A stretch of 64,000 nt of DNA from Gemmatimonadota bacterium. GTDB taxonomy: Bacteria; Gemmatimonadota; Gemmatimonadetes; Longimicrobiales; RSA9. Both the position numbers and the translations under genes were made by a program. Under the pieces are notes generated by a model. That model ran no database searches and was not told where the DNA came from. It was given only the letters and a program-made list of their open reading frames with translations. This document shows, one piece after another, positions 18,101-26,120 of the stretch; within the stretch, counting starts at the first letter, position 1; every line of letters starts with the position of its first letter. The stretch is taken from NCBI GenBank assembly GCA_037388885.1, contig JARRJS010000001.1:10300-74299 (forward strand), read 5' to 3'.

Positions 18101-18221
18101 CAACGACGACGGTAGCCGCGTGGCGCCCGGGATCTACATCCTGGTCGTCCGATTCGCCGATAGCATGATCCGAAAGAAACTGTTCATCGCCCGTTCGGGC
18201 GGCGACGGAGACGGGGAGTAA
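15180..18221 (+). CDS. Secreted S8 (subtilisin-like) serine peptidase with a Big_2-like Ig domain and a C-terminal FlgD-Ig/T9SS-CTD-like domain
   Basis: Catalytic triad motifs GLYDTGID, HGTHVAGIAAG and GTSMAAPHTAG. Signal VLRILLRPRLSLAALVLLAAPLTAQ from an in-frame GTG at 15180. C-terminal segment AAIYTLDGRRVVDL...WPLTNDDGSRVAPGIYILVV. Confidence 0.85.
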   Translation: MLRILLRPRLSLAALVLLAAPLTAQTGPHIDPALRSLMRPTTRNIVMGAAFGPGQPTSSRPFAGLLALQRESGVVWVGLFARITSTTALNDLRAAGAEIGTRVGDIVTARVPVSALPQLATSRRIRDLQAAHEIPVVLDSSRKAIRADEVRGRVDGTWLGSAGQNVIVGLYDTGIDYGHDDFRDAKGRTRLLGLWDQTVTGAALPTGFNYGSYCDTTALNAGTCNERDTAGHGTHVAGIAAGDGSAGDTPYRYSGIAPAADILAVKGGNGSFSDNRIVDGVSWLMQEADRQGEPIVVILSLGGQYGPHDGTLLFEQALTNLTGPGKLLVVASGNEGSNLPPQNELIHAMGLPQVGVPRSFTFTVPSYTPSTQQCANSIVLDMWHDFGDTLQVQVDRPDGSSLTISAPAVPGADSAADNASGGDILILTDTAPDPENGDNEVYIEVSNCRGHNPASGTWTLQVTPTTASSGRYYHMWLYSSNLGGQSAYGATGFDNAYVVGAPGTATGAITVGAYATRMTWPSENGSTYQYSQTQAIGELAVFSSGGPRRDGVLKPEIVAPGFGIISTLSSTAQNVPVPLIAPDGKHWILQGTSMAAPHTAGVAALLLQYNPSLTAADVRNIFSSTADHDIWTGRTYSNAPGTDSTSWWGYGKLDAYTALTDVTNLANPAQIAILPGSDTMGVTDTLALRGVVATAAGDSVPGAPIAWASRNPAVATVDANGSVIGVAGGSTYIVASYSGLADSMFVMVIQPSTLIVSAQGVAPPERLSSEVGTTLPLVRIDLKANGSEGIRVEQLGFTVTGRDPGATLLLVDDAARNGVVDPTDRIVADSVVALAGDSVNINLQISSFVVPAQDSVALIAALRMSGSAPNGATFQMTFVPSATQSVGVLSGSRNRQSAPGNIVASPVASTTLLQPGESFAISENPVKSDAGQVIFNFDPNTPPNLAAIYTLDGRRVVDLMPLIEGGSRAVWPLTNDDGSRVAPGIYILVVRFADSMIRKKLFIARSGGDGDGE

Positions 18222-18225
18222 GACC

Positions 18226-19185
18226 ATGAAGAAGTCGTTCGCGATTCCGTCGCTGCTGCTCGCCGCGCTTGTTGCCCCGGCACCCCTGCTCGCGCAGAAC
18301 GGAGTCGGCACGGCAGGCGCCCAGGTGCTCCAGCTGCCCGCCGGCTCACGCGCACCGGCGTTCGCCGGCGCCTATACCGCTACCTCCGCCGATGCCGACG
18401 TGCTGTTCTACGACCCGGCCGGTCTCGCAGGTCTCGACCGGTCGGTTTCCGTCGCCTACCAGAGCTACTTCGAGGACATCCGGGCCGGCTCTCTCGCCGC
18501 AGCCTTCAAGTTCGGTAGGGTCGTGATCGGTGGCGGCATCCTGTACCTGGACGGCGGCAGCATCGACGTCATCGAGCCGGACCCCAACTTCGGCAACCAG
18601 CGCGGCAAGGCCACCGGCACGACCGCATCCGCAATGGAAGCGGCCGCCCGGCTCTCGGCCGCTACCGCACTGCTCAATGGCCGACTGCGGCTGGGTGCAA
18701 ATCTCGGTGTGGTGTCGAGTGATCTGGCAGGCGTAGGCCGATCGGCACCGTTCCTGGACCTGGGCGCGCAGTACGCCATGAGCCGGATCGCCATCGGTGC
18801 CTCCGTGCGGCACCTGGGCACATCCATGACCAACAGTAGCAACGGCGACGCACCCCTGCCCAGCGAGGCGCGATTGGGGGTTGCGTTTCGCGGACCGCAG
18901 CTCTCGGGGCTCGGCGTGGCGCTGAGCGCCGACGGGCTCTACCGGCTTCAGGAAGGCACAATGGGCCTGGTCACCGGCGTGGAGGCCGGGATCCTGCCGG
19001 GCACCTACGGCCCGGTCAGCGCCGTGTTGCGGGCGGGTCTCAGCCTGGACCGCGGCGATGCCTTGGCCCCGTACCGCTTCGGCGCCGGCATCTCGTTCGG
19101 GTCCGTCGCCGTGGACTACACTTACCAGGACTACAATCTGCTGGGCCCCGTGCACCGGATCGGGCTGCGCTGGCAAACGCCGTGA
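18226..19185 (+). CDS. PorV/PorQ-family-like outer-membrane beta-barrel protein
   Basis: Signal peptide, then GTAGAQVLQLPAGSRAPAFAGAYTATSADADVLFYDPAGLAGL, which resembles the PorV-family N-terminal signature. The remainder has alternating beta-strand character and ends in LRWQTP. Confidence 0.6.
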   Translation: MKKSFAIPSLLLAALVAPAPLLAQNGVGTAGAQVLQLPAGSRAPAFAGAYTATSADADVLFYDPAGLAGLDRSVSVAYQSYFEDIRAGSLAAAFKFGRVVIGGGILYLDGGSIDVIEPDPNFGNQRGKATGTTASAMEAAARLSAATALLNGRLRLGANLGVVSSDLAGVGRSAPFLDLGAQYAMSRIAIGASVRHLGTSMTNSSNGDAPLPSEARLGVAFRGPQLSGLGVALSADGLYRLQEGTMGLVTGVEAGILPGTYGPVSAVLRAGLSLDRGDALAPYRFGAGISFGSVAVDYTYQDYNLLGPVHRIGLRWQTP

Positions 19186-19202
19186 AATACGGCGTGGGCC
19201 GT

Positions 19203-19409
19203 TCAGGACAGCGCATCACGCTGCCCGGCGCTGACCTCGCGCACCCATAGCTGGTAGTCGATGGCGGCTGCCAGCGCGCCCTCGATGCTGCGCACCAGAT
19301 CGCGCTCACCCACCTCGCGCCGCGCCCGCTCCACCAGGTCCACGTCCAACACGAACGTGTGGGGTTGCCGTTCCCGCGGCGGCCGGCGCCGCGCCTTCCG
19401 TGTCGACAT
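19203..19409 (-). CDS. VapB-like (DUF2191-type) antitoxin-like small protein
   Basis: 68 aa starting MSTRKARRRPP, then HTFVLDVDLVERARREVGERDLVRSIEGALAAAI. Only the 3' end of the 291-codon ORF in the track is plausible as a gene. Confidence 0.5.
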   Translation of the reverse strand: MSTRKARRRPPRERQPHTFVLDVDLVERARREVGERDLVRSIEGALAAAIDYQLWVREVSAGQRDALS

Positions 19410-19483
19410 CGCGCCTCCCGCACTCCTGGTTCCACTGGCGCCAAAGTGCACGGCGCCACGGAGCACGGACATGGCAGGAATGG

Positions 19484-19765
19484 TCAGAGCGGCGGCAACT
19501 CGCCACGTGCGATGTCGCGGGCACCCCGATGCACGCCCACACCCACCCCGACTCCCAGGAGCACGGCCGTGCCAGCCCCGACCACGGGCAGCAGCCAGAC
19601 GATCGGCGCGGCAATGAGCGCCGCGACGGATCCCGAGACGAGTGGAGCGGCACGATGCCGCGCGGCATCCACGAAGCGCAGGCGGTGCCGGACGAATTGT
19701 CGAGCCTTCACATAGCCACCGAGCCCAGCCACGCCGGCGATGGCTAACGCAATCAGTTCCAACAT
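19484..19765 (-). CDS. Small membrane protein (2-3 TM), hypothetical
   Basis: The ATG at 19765 is preceded by AAGGAGGA at 5 nt. Hydrophobic segments LELIALAIAGVAGLGGYV and VAALIAAPIVWLLPVVGAGTAVLLGVGVGVGV. Confidence 0.6.
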   Translation of the reverse strand: MLELIALAIAGVAGLGGYVKARQFVRHRLRFVDAARHRAAPLVSGSVAALIAAPIVWLLPVVGAGTAVLLGVGVGVGVHRGARDIARGELPPL

Positions 19766-19884
19766 GGCTTCCTCCTTGCACATCACAACGGACGTCGGAC
19801 GTCGGCAGTTTCGGTCTCGTTGGCCCGTTCGCCGCTTGTGTTTCGGACAGACCGATCCATATTTGATGCGGAGGTGGAAAACCC

Positions 19885-20250
19885 ATGAAACATCTCGTCG
19901 TGGTCGGCGACCGCGTGCTCATCCGGCCGGAAGAAGGCGAAGGTCGAAGCAAGGTGGGCCTGTACCTGCCTCCGACGGCCGTGGACAACCAGGCGGTGCA
20001 GGCGGGCATCGTGGTGGCGACCGGGCCGGGTACGCCGATTTCCGCACCGACGGACCTGGACGACGAGCCGTGGCGCATCTCCAGCGGCGAGCCGCGCTAC
20101 CTACCGGTCCAGGCCGAGGTCGGCGACTACTCCATCTTCTTCCGCCGTGCGGCGGTGGAGATCACGTTCGAAGGCGACAAGTACCTGGTGGTGCCCCAGG
20201 CGGCGATTCTCGTCCTGGTCCGCGGTGACGAGATGGTGCCATCAGAATAG
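19885..20250 (+). CDS. GroES/Cpn10-family protein, divergent, with an internal insertion
   Basis: GGAGGTGG RBS. GDRVLIRPEEGEGRSKVGLYLP (mobile-loop-like), GIVVATGPG, VGDYSIFF and GDKYLVVPQAAILVLV follow the GroES layout. About 15 extra residues follow the GPG motif. Confidence 0.65.
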   Translation: MKHLVVVGDRVLIRPEEGEGRSKVGLYLPPTAVDNQAVQAGIVVATGPGTPISAPTDLDDEPWRISSGEPRYLPVQAEVGDYSIFFRRAAVEITFEGDKYLVVPQAAILVLVRGDEMVPSE

Positions 20251-20295
20251 CGCGCCCGGTTGGAGAAGCCGGCGCGCCCGCGGGCAAAGCAAACG

Positions 20296-20319
20296 ACGGC
20301 CCTGCCTTCGCAGGGCCGT
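20296..20319. terminator. 10-bp GC hairpin after the GroES-like gene
   Basis: acggccctgc cttc gcagggccgt. No U-tract. Confidence 0.4.
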
Positions 20320-20336
20320 ACTGCGTCAGGCGGCGT

Positions 20337-21233
20337 ATGACGGAACACGGGGACTATCTGATCCGGGGCTCGGCCCTCGACGGCAGGGTGCGAGCGCTGG
20401 CGGTAGACGCCACGCACGTGGTCGGCAAGCTCGCACAGGTGCATGAAACGGCGCCCGCCGCTACGGCGGCTCTGGGCCGCGTGGCGACCGGGGCCTTGCT
20501 CCTGGGCGCCCTCCTCAAGCAGGAGCAGCACCTGGTGACGTTGCGCGTGCGCGGCGACGGTCCGGCCGGCACGGTCCTGGCCTCAGCGAACGGAAGGGGA
20601 GAAGTGCGGGGGTTGATCGGCAACCCGCGGCCCGAGATCGAGCAGGTGCACGACGGCAAGCTGAACGTATCGGGCGCGGTCGGTCGGCACGGGCACCTGA
20701 CGGTGGTGCGCGACATGGGCCTGCGCCATCCATACAACAGCACGGTTGAGCTCGTTTCGGGTGAGATCGGCCAGGACCTGGCCTACTACTTTGCGCGTAG
20801 CGAGCAGACGCCCTCTGCGTTGGGCGTGGGCGTGTTCGTGGACCGCATGGGCGTGGTCGACGCCGCCGGCGGTTACCTGATCCAGCTGCTCGGTGGTCTG
20901 AAGGACGACGAGCTGGAGCAGATGGAAGAAGAGATCGCGGCGCTCCCGCACCCCACCACCATGCTGCGGGCAGGTGAGAAGCCGGAACAGATCCTGGCGC
21001 GCGTGTTCGGCGATGGGTTCCAGATGCTGCACCGCGGACCGGTGCGATTCTACTGCCCCTGCGACAGGGATCGCGCCGAGCGCGCCCTTCGGCTGCTGGG
21101 CGGAGATGCCCTCGAAGAGTTGCGCCAGGACGAGGAAAAACGGGGCCACAGTGACGTCGTTTGCGAGTTCTGCCGCACCGCCTATCGGTTCTCGCTCGCG
21201 GACATTGACAGGCTCATCGCGGAGGCCGCTTGA
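20337..21233 (+). CDS. hslO: Hsp33 redox-regulated chaperone
   Basis: 298 aa. The C-terminal zinc centre CPCDRDR...CEFCRTAY is typical of Hsp33. Confidence 0.9.
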   Translation: MTEHGDYLIRGSALDGRVRALAVDATHVVGKLAQVHETAPAATAALGRVATGALLLGALLKQEQHLVTLRVRGDGPAGTVLASANGRGEVRGLIGNPRPEIEQVHDGKLNVSGAVGRHGHLTVVRDMGLRHPYNSTVELVSGEIGQDLAYYFARSEQTPSALGVGVFVDRMGVVDAAGGYLIQLLGGLKDDELEQMEEEIAALPHPTTMLRAGEKPEQILARVFGDGFQMLHRGPVRFYCPCDRDRAERALRLLGGDALEELRQDEEKRGHSDVVCEFCRTAYRFSLADIDRLIAEAA

Positions 21234-21366
21234 CTTTACCCTTGCGTTTTAGGACGTTTCACCCCGAAATTTGTTGCCGATAAGCCCGAACCCCCCGGAA
21301 GAACCAAATCCACGGATCAAAGTGTTTTTCCGACGAGACGGAAACAAAGGGGATCGCTCTGTCCCT

Positions 21367-22101
21367 ATGATCGCCCGGCTGGAGTCTATGCTGCGTTGGG
21401 TGCGGCTGCTGCCGCTGGCGCTGCCGCTGCTCATCTTCGGTGGCTGGGGTTTGGGGCATCTGACCACCCACGCCATCGAGCTGCCGGCCGGCGCACAGGT
21501 ACGGGTCGCTCCAATGCCGTACACGCCCCCCAAGAAGCTGGACCGGCTCAGCCGCTTCACTTCCTTCCTCCGCAACGACGGGCGCGAGACCGAGAACTAC
21601 ATCACCATGTACAAAGACCACGTCTATCCCGTGGAAGAGACGCTGCGGGGCTGGGGCGTGGACCGGAAAACGGCTCGCAAGGTCGCCTGGCCGCTTGTCG
21701 AATATTCGTACGACCGGGGGCTGGATCCTGCCACCGTCGTCGCCATCGTGTTAGTGGAGAGCGACGGCCGACCCTCCGCCACGAGCTTCGTCGGCGCGCG
21801 CGGCCTCATGCAGGTCATGCCGGCGCACGCGGGCATGTGGCACGGTTGTGGCCGGAACCTTTACGACATCGAGTCCAACATCTGCAACGGCACCAGCATC
21901 TTCGCCGCACTGCTCCGCCGCTTCAAAGGCGACGAGCAGCGCGCGCTGTTGGCGTACAACGGCTGCGTCCGTGGCACCAACACCCCCGACTGCGAATATT
22001 ATCCTGACCGCGTCCGCAGCGTCCGGAGCCAGATCCGTCGCGAATGGGCGTCGTCCGGCGGCGGAGCGCGCATCGCCACCTCGCTGGCCGCAGCACCATA
22101 G
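21367..22101 (+). CDS. Lytic transglycosylase (SLT domain) protein, paralog 1
   Basis: ESDGRP (catalytic Glu), GARGLMQVMP and LLAYNGC. Signal-anchor MIARLESMLRWVRLLPLALPLLIF. The track ORF begins at a TTG at 21271 instead. Confidence 0.8.
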   Translation: MIARLESMLRWVRLLPLALPLLIFGGWGLGHLTTHAIELPAGAQVRVAPMPYTPPKKLDRLSRFTSFLRNDGRETENYITMYKDHVYPVEETLRGWGVDRKTARKVAWPLVEYSYDRGLDPATVVAIVLVESDGRPSATSFVGARGLMQVMPAHAGMWHGCGRNLYDIESNICNGTSIFAALLRRFKGDEQRALLAYNGCVRGTNTPDCEYYPDRVRSVRSQIRREWASSGGGARIATSLAAAP

Positions 22102-22126
22102 CGCAAAAGTGTGAAGGTGGCAGGGC

Positions 22127-22162
22127 GCAAGGGGCCGCGGCCATTCGGCCGCGGCCCCTTGC
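22127..22162. terminator. Perfect 16-bp GC hairpin after the SLT gene
   Basis: gcaaggggccgcggcc attc ggccgcggccccttgc. Confidence 0.55.
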
Positions 22163-22456
22163 TGCAGGTAGCAGCTGCGTGGCTCGGGGGTACCGCATGT
22201 CCCGGGTCAAAGCCCCGGCCTTCGTCGCGTACGCCTTCCGTCAGCGTTCCGCGCGCCACCGCTTCCTTCTACGCAACGCCTGCCATCCCAGGCGCGACAA
22301 GGGCGAGGAGCAACGCGCTCGCCCCATCCCCATCTGCGGTGCACAGCGCCGGGCGCGCCCATGACGCCGGTTGCGCTCAACCGGAAAAACCGCGTCCGCC
22401 GCAAAGCCGGGAGCCGCCACCCGCAGCAACTGCGGCGCAGCCGCAGCTGCGCCCTG

Positions 22457-23857
22457 CTACCTCTGCGCGAAGCGCAGCAGTAGCTCCGCCGCGGCGTGGG
22501 TTCCGCGCTCGAAATTCTCCACCAGGAACCACTCGTTGGGCGCGTGGGCGTTCTCGCCTGGCAGGCCCAGGCCCATGAGCAGGGCCGGCGCGTCGAGTGC
22601 GTCTTCGAACTCGGGCACGATGGGGATCGAGCCGCCCTCGCCGGCGTACACCACCTCGGCGCCGAACGCCATCTCCAGGGCCTGCTCCGCCGCTTCGTAC
22701 AGAGCGCCCTGGAGGTTGCCGCGCCACGGTGCACCGCCGTGGATCGTCGTGACCCGGACACTCACGCCCGCCGGCGTCACCCTCTCCACGTGCGCCCGGA
22801 ACAGCTTGTCGATCTGTTTCGGGTCCTGGTTCGGCACGAGCCGGCAGCTGATCTTGGCCATGGCCTTCGCCGGCAGCACCGTTTTGGCGCCCTCGCCGGT
22901 GTAGCCGCTCAACAGCCCGTTCACCTCGCACGTGGGCCGCACCCACAGCCGCTCCGCCGTGCTCTGGCCAGACTCGCCGCCCAGGGACGACGCCCCGGTC
23001 TCCTCCAGGAACGCGCCCTCGTCGTAGCCCAACTCCTTGATCTTCGCCCGGAAATCGGCAGCCTCGTCCACGTCGTCGTAGAAGCCCGGGATGGTGACGC
23101 GCCAGTCGTCGTCGTGGAAACTGGCAATGATGCGGGCGAGGGCCGTGGCAGGGTTGATGACGCCGCCGCCATAGCTGCCGGAGTGCAGGTCGGTGGCGGG
23201 CCCGGTCACATCCAGCTGCCAGTAGGCGATGCCGCGTAGCGACGCTCCGATGGTCGGCTTGCCTCGTGCCATCATGCCCGTGTCCGAGATGATGATAGCG
23301 TCCACGCCCAGCTCGTCGGCATGCTCGCGCACGTACGGCATCAGGTTCTCGCTGCCCACCTCCTCTTCGCCCTCCGCCAGCACGATCACGTTGCAGGGCA
23401 GCGTGCCCGCCGTCTTCATGTGGGACTCGAGGGCTTTCACGTGCACGTAGAGCTGGCCCTTGTCGTCGCAGGCGCCCCGGGCGTACAGCTTGCCGTCCCG
23501 GACCTCCGGCTCGAAGGGCGGCGAGTCCCACAGGTCCAGCGGCTCTGCAGGTTGGACATCGTAGTGGCCGTATATGAGCACGGTGGGCGCGTCGGGCCCG
23601 GCTTCATGCCAATCGCCGCGCACGATGGGGTGGCCGGCCGTCTCCTCGATCTTCACCTGCAGGCCCGCGTCGCGCATGTGGTTCGCCAGCCAGTCGGCGG
23701 CGGCCAGCAGGTCCTGCTTGTGCTCCGACCGGGCGCTCACGCTGGGAATGCGAAGGAAGTCGAACAGTTCCGACTTGAAGCGGTCCAGGTTCTGATCGAT
23801 ATAGGCGTGTACGTCGCTCATGACGCTCCTCTCGATGGGTTGGGGTCGATCATTCAA
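22457..23857 (-). CDS. M20-family dipeptidase / metallohydrolase
   Basis: 466 aa. IYGHYDVQPA, ARGACDDKGQ, LAEGEEEVGS and ENAHAPNE are M20 metal-site and dimerisation motifs. Confidence 0.85.
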   Translation of the reverse strand: MNDRPQPIERSVMSDVHAYIDQNLDRFKSELFDFLRIPSVSARSEHKQDLLAAADWLANHMRDAGLQVKIEETAGHPIVRGDWHEAGPDAPTVLIYGHYDVQPAEPLDLWDSPPFEPEVRDGKLYARGACDDKGQLYVHVKALESHMKTAGTLPCNVIVLAEGEEEVGSENLMPYVREHADELGVDAIIISDTGMMARGKPTIGASLRGIAYWQLDVTGPATDLHSGSYGGGVINPATALARIIASFHDDDWRVTIPGFYDDVDEAADFRAKIKELGYDEGAFLEETGASSLGGESGQSTAERLWVRPTCEVNGLLSGYTGEGAKTVLPAKAMAKISCRLVPNQDPKQIDKLFRAHVERVTPAGVSVRVTTIHGGAPWRGNLQGALYEAAEQALEMAFGAEVVYAGEGGSIPIVPEFEDALDAPALLMGLGLPGENAHAPNEWFLVENFERGTHAAAELLLRFAQR

Positions 23858-26111
23858 GGTTCATGGCGCGGGTGATCTCGTTCACCAACCGGTCCGCCCG
23901 ATAGATCCTGCGCAGCGCTTCCAGAATGCCGGCAGAATGCACGGCGACCGTGCGGGCGGCTTCTGTCGTGAACAGAAAGTCGTTGGGCAGCGACTCGATG
24001 TTGCCGTCGAACGCGGTGCCTACCAGCCGCCCTTGCTCATCCACGATGGGGCTGCCGCTGTTGCCGCCTGCGATGTCCGTCGTGGCCACGAAATTCAGGC
24101 GCGTGGCCAGGTCCAGGGAATCGCGTCGCACAACGTAGCGCTGCGGCAGGTCCCACGGATGCTCATTGTTGAAGTTGTGCGCCCGTTCGTACAGCCCGTA
24201 GAACGACGTGAACGCTGGCGCGAACGTGCCGTTGTACGGATAGCGTTTCACCACGCCATCGGTGATGCGCAACGTGAACGTGGCGTCCGGCGGGATGTCG
24301 GATCCGAACACGGCAAACAACGCCTGCGCCAACCGCTCCTCCTGGGCAGACTCCCGGGCCTGGAGATCGGTGACGCGGGTGTCCAGCGTGTCGAACCCGC
24401 TCGCCATGACCCGCGCCAGCCGGATCATGGGATCCGACGACTGCTCCAGCGCTGCCGCGTCGCCGCCCATGAACGTCCGGCGGAACGCCACATCCGCGAT
24501 GCGCGATCCGCGGATCAGTCGCCGTGCCACGTCCAGCGCGGACTCGTCGCCCCGGAACGCGGTACGCACCACCGGGTCGTCCGGCGCTAGCCAGTCGCGC
24601 GCGAGTTGGAGGCGGATGGCCAGCAGGTGGGCCCCTACGTCGGGGTCGTACGGCGTCGGCTGTGTCAGCGTCTGGTAGACGGAATCCAGGGCCGCGTCGT
24701 CCAGCGTGCGTTGCTCTTCCGGCCGCGCCCGCTGGCGTACCCACCGCACCAGATCGCCCGCCAGCTGCGTATGCGGATCCCCGATGATGTCGAAGTCGTA
24801 GATGGTGTGCCGCGTGCCGATGCGCGCCAGGCGTTCCTCGATCTCCGTGATGCGATTCCACGTGTCGCCATACTGCCGATTGAGCCCACCGTCCGCCTGC
24901 ACCCGCGCACGGAAATCTCGCTCCCAGCGGATCTTGCGCCCCACGAGCAGCGTGTCCCGGAGTCCGTCCAGCTCACCGCGGTAGGACTTGAGCGCGTTCT
25001 GGAACTCTGCCTCCTGCTCGCGCACATGCCGCTCCGCCGCCGGGTTCTGCTGCACCACGTAGTGCAGGAAATCCACGAACGACTGGATCATGGCAACGGT
25101 GAACGGGTCATCGTAGCGCGCCAGGTACATGAGCTGCGAGATGGTGCGCAGGCGGTTCGTACTGCCCGGGTTGCCGGTCACGAACACGACGTCGCCCTCT
25201 TCGGCGCCATCGGGGTTCCAGCGCAGGTAGTCCGGCGTGCTCACCGGCGTGATGCTGTCCACCTGGTAGGCCCGGAAGAACGAGATGTCCAGGTCGTAGC
25301 GCGGGTAGGTGAAGTTGTCCGGGTCTCCGCCGAACGCCCCCGCTTGCAGCTCCGGCGCGAACACCAGCTTCACGGGCCGGTAGCGACGGAAGCGGTACAG
25401 GTGGTAGGCGCCGCCGTGGTAGAGATCGACGACCTGGCACTCCAGTTTCGTCTCGTCCTTGCACGCCTTCTCGATGGCCGTCTCGACAGAATCGCGGGCG
25501 GCAGCGATGACCGTGTCCGGCACGCCCGTGGGCAGCGCGCCGCGCACACGGCTGGTAACGTCCTCGATCTGCACCAGCTGATCCAGATACAGGTCAGGAC
25601 ACGTCAGCTCGTCTTCGCGGTTCACGGCGTAGAAGCCGTCTTGCACGTAGTCCACATGCTCCGGCGAGACGGCCGCGACGCACTCCCGTGCACAGTGGTG
25701 GTTGGTCAGCACGAGGCCATCCGGCGACACGAACGACGCCGAGCAGATCTCGCCGAACCGGACCGATGCGAGACGTACGTGCCGCAGCCACGTCGAGTCC
25801 GGCACGAAGTCGTACGCTTTCTTCCAATAGTCGAGCGGCGGGTTCTCGAACAGCCACATGCGCCCCAGCTCGTCGCCCTGGAGCCGGGCCCGGTCGGCAG
25901 CGCGCAGCGCCGCCGGCGACGGGGCCAGCAGCTCGCCCGCCGTTTCCGCGTTGGATGGGGAGGCGGGCCGGGGCGTGGGCGCCGCGGCGGGTGTCGGCGC
26001 CTGCGCGCTCCGAGGGGCGGAGGCGCACCCGGAAACGATCAACAGCCCGCACAGCAGCACGCCCTCGAACAAACGTCGTCCGGGAATCCTGTCGTTCAGC
26101 ATTCGCGGCAC
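23850..26111 (-). CDS. S46-family dipeptidyl-peptidase (DPP7/DPP11-like)
   Basis: 753 aa with signal and lipobox. SFVSPDGLVLTNHHCA near the N-terminus and GGNSGSPIVDEQGRLVG near the C-terminus are the split chymotrypsin-fold motifs of family S46. Confidence 0.85.
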   Translation of the reverse strand: MPRMLNDRIPGRRLFEGVLLCGLLIVSGCASAPRSAQAPTPAAAPTPRPASPSNAETAGELLAPSPAALRAADRARLQGDELGRMWLFENPPLDYWKKAYDFVPDSTWLRHVRLASVRFGEICSASFVSPDGLVLTNHHCARECVAAVSPEHVDYVQDGFYAVNREDELTCPDLYLDQLVQIEDVTSRVRGALPTGVPDTVIAAARDSVETAIEKACKDETKLECQVVDLYHGGAYHLYRFRRYRPVKLVFAPELQAGAFGGDPDNFTYPRYDLDISFFRAYQVDSITPVSTPDYLRWNPDGAEEGDVVFVTGNPGSTNRLRTISQLMYLARYDDPFTVAMIQSFVDFLHYVVQQNPAAERHVREQEAEFQNALKSYRGELDGLRDTLLVGRKIRWERDFRARVQADGGLNRQYGDTWNRITEIEERLARIGTRHTIYDFDIIGDPHTQLAGDLVRWVRQRARPEEQRTLDDAALDSVYQTLTQPTPYDPDVGAHLLAIRLQLARDWLAPDDPVVRTAFRGDESALDVARRLIRGSRIADVAFRRTFMGGDAAALEQSSDPMIRLARVMASGFDTLDTRVTDLQARESAQEERLAQALFAVFGSDIPPDATFTLRITDGVVKRYPYNGTFAPAFTSFYGLYERAHNFNNEHPWDLPQRYVVRRDSLDLATRLNFVATTDIAGGNSGSPIVDEQGRLVGTAFDGNIESLPNDFLFTTEAARTVAVHSAGILEALRRIYRADRLVNEITRAMNLE

Positions 26112-26120
26112 TCCGATCCG

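Noticed and set aside
19410-20078. The upstream 220 codons of the 291-codon minus-strand ORF 19203-20078.
   Set aside because: This part overlaps the well-supported small membrane gene and the GroES-like gene on the other strand. It translates to Arg/Gly/Pro-rich sequence. Only the terminal 68 codons, from the ATG at 19409, look like a gene.
21234-21366. ydaO (c-di-AMP) or another riboswitch upstream of the SLT gene.
   Set aside because: Only short resemblances (CCCGAACC, GGGGA) are present. The conserved ACGGGGA/GGGUGAAUC and CAGCUAACCUCGUAAGCG blocks are absent. I kept only the observation that both SLT leaders resemble each other.
22163-22456. The roughly 290-nt gene-free stretch between the convergent SLT and M20 genes as a possible sRNA or small gene.
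   Set aside because: It contains several short hairpins (GGGCGAG/CTCGCCC, CCGGTTG/CAACCGG, GGCGCAGC/GCTGCGCC). I could identify no promoter-like element, RBS-preceded ORF or recognisable RNA motif. RNA-seq would be needed.
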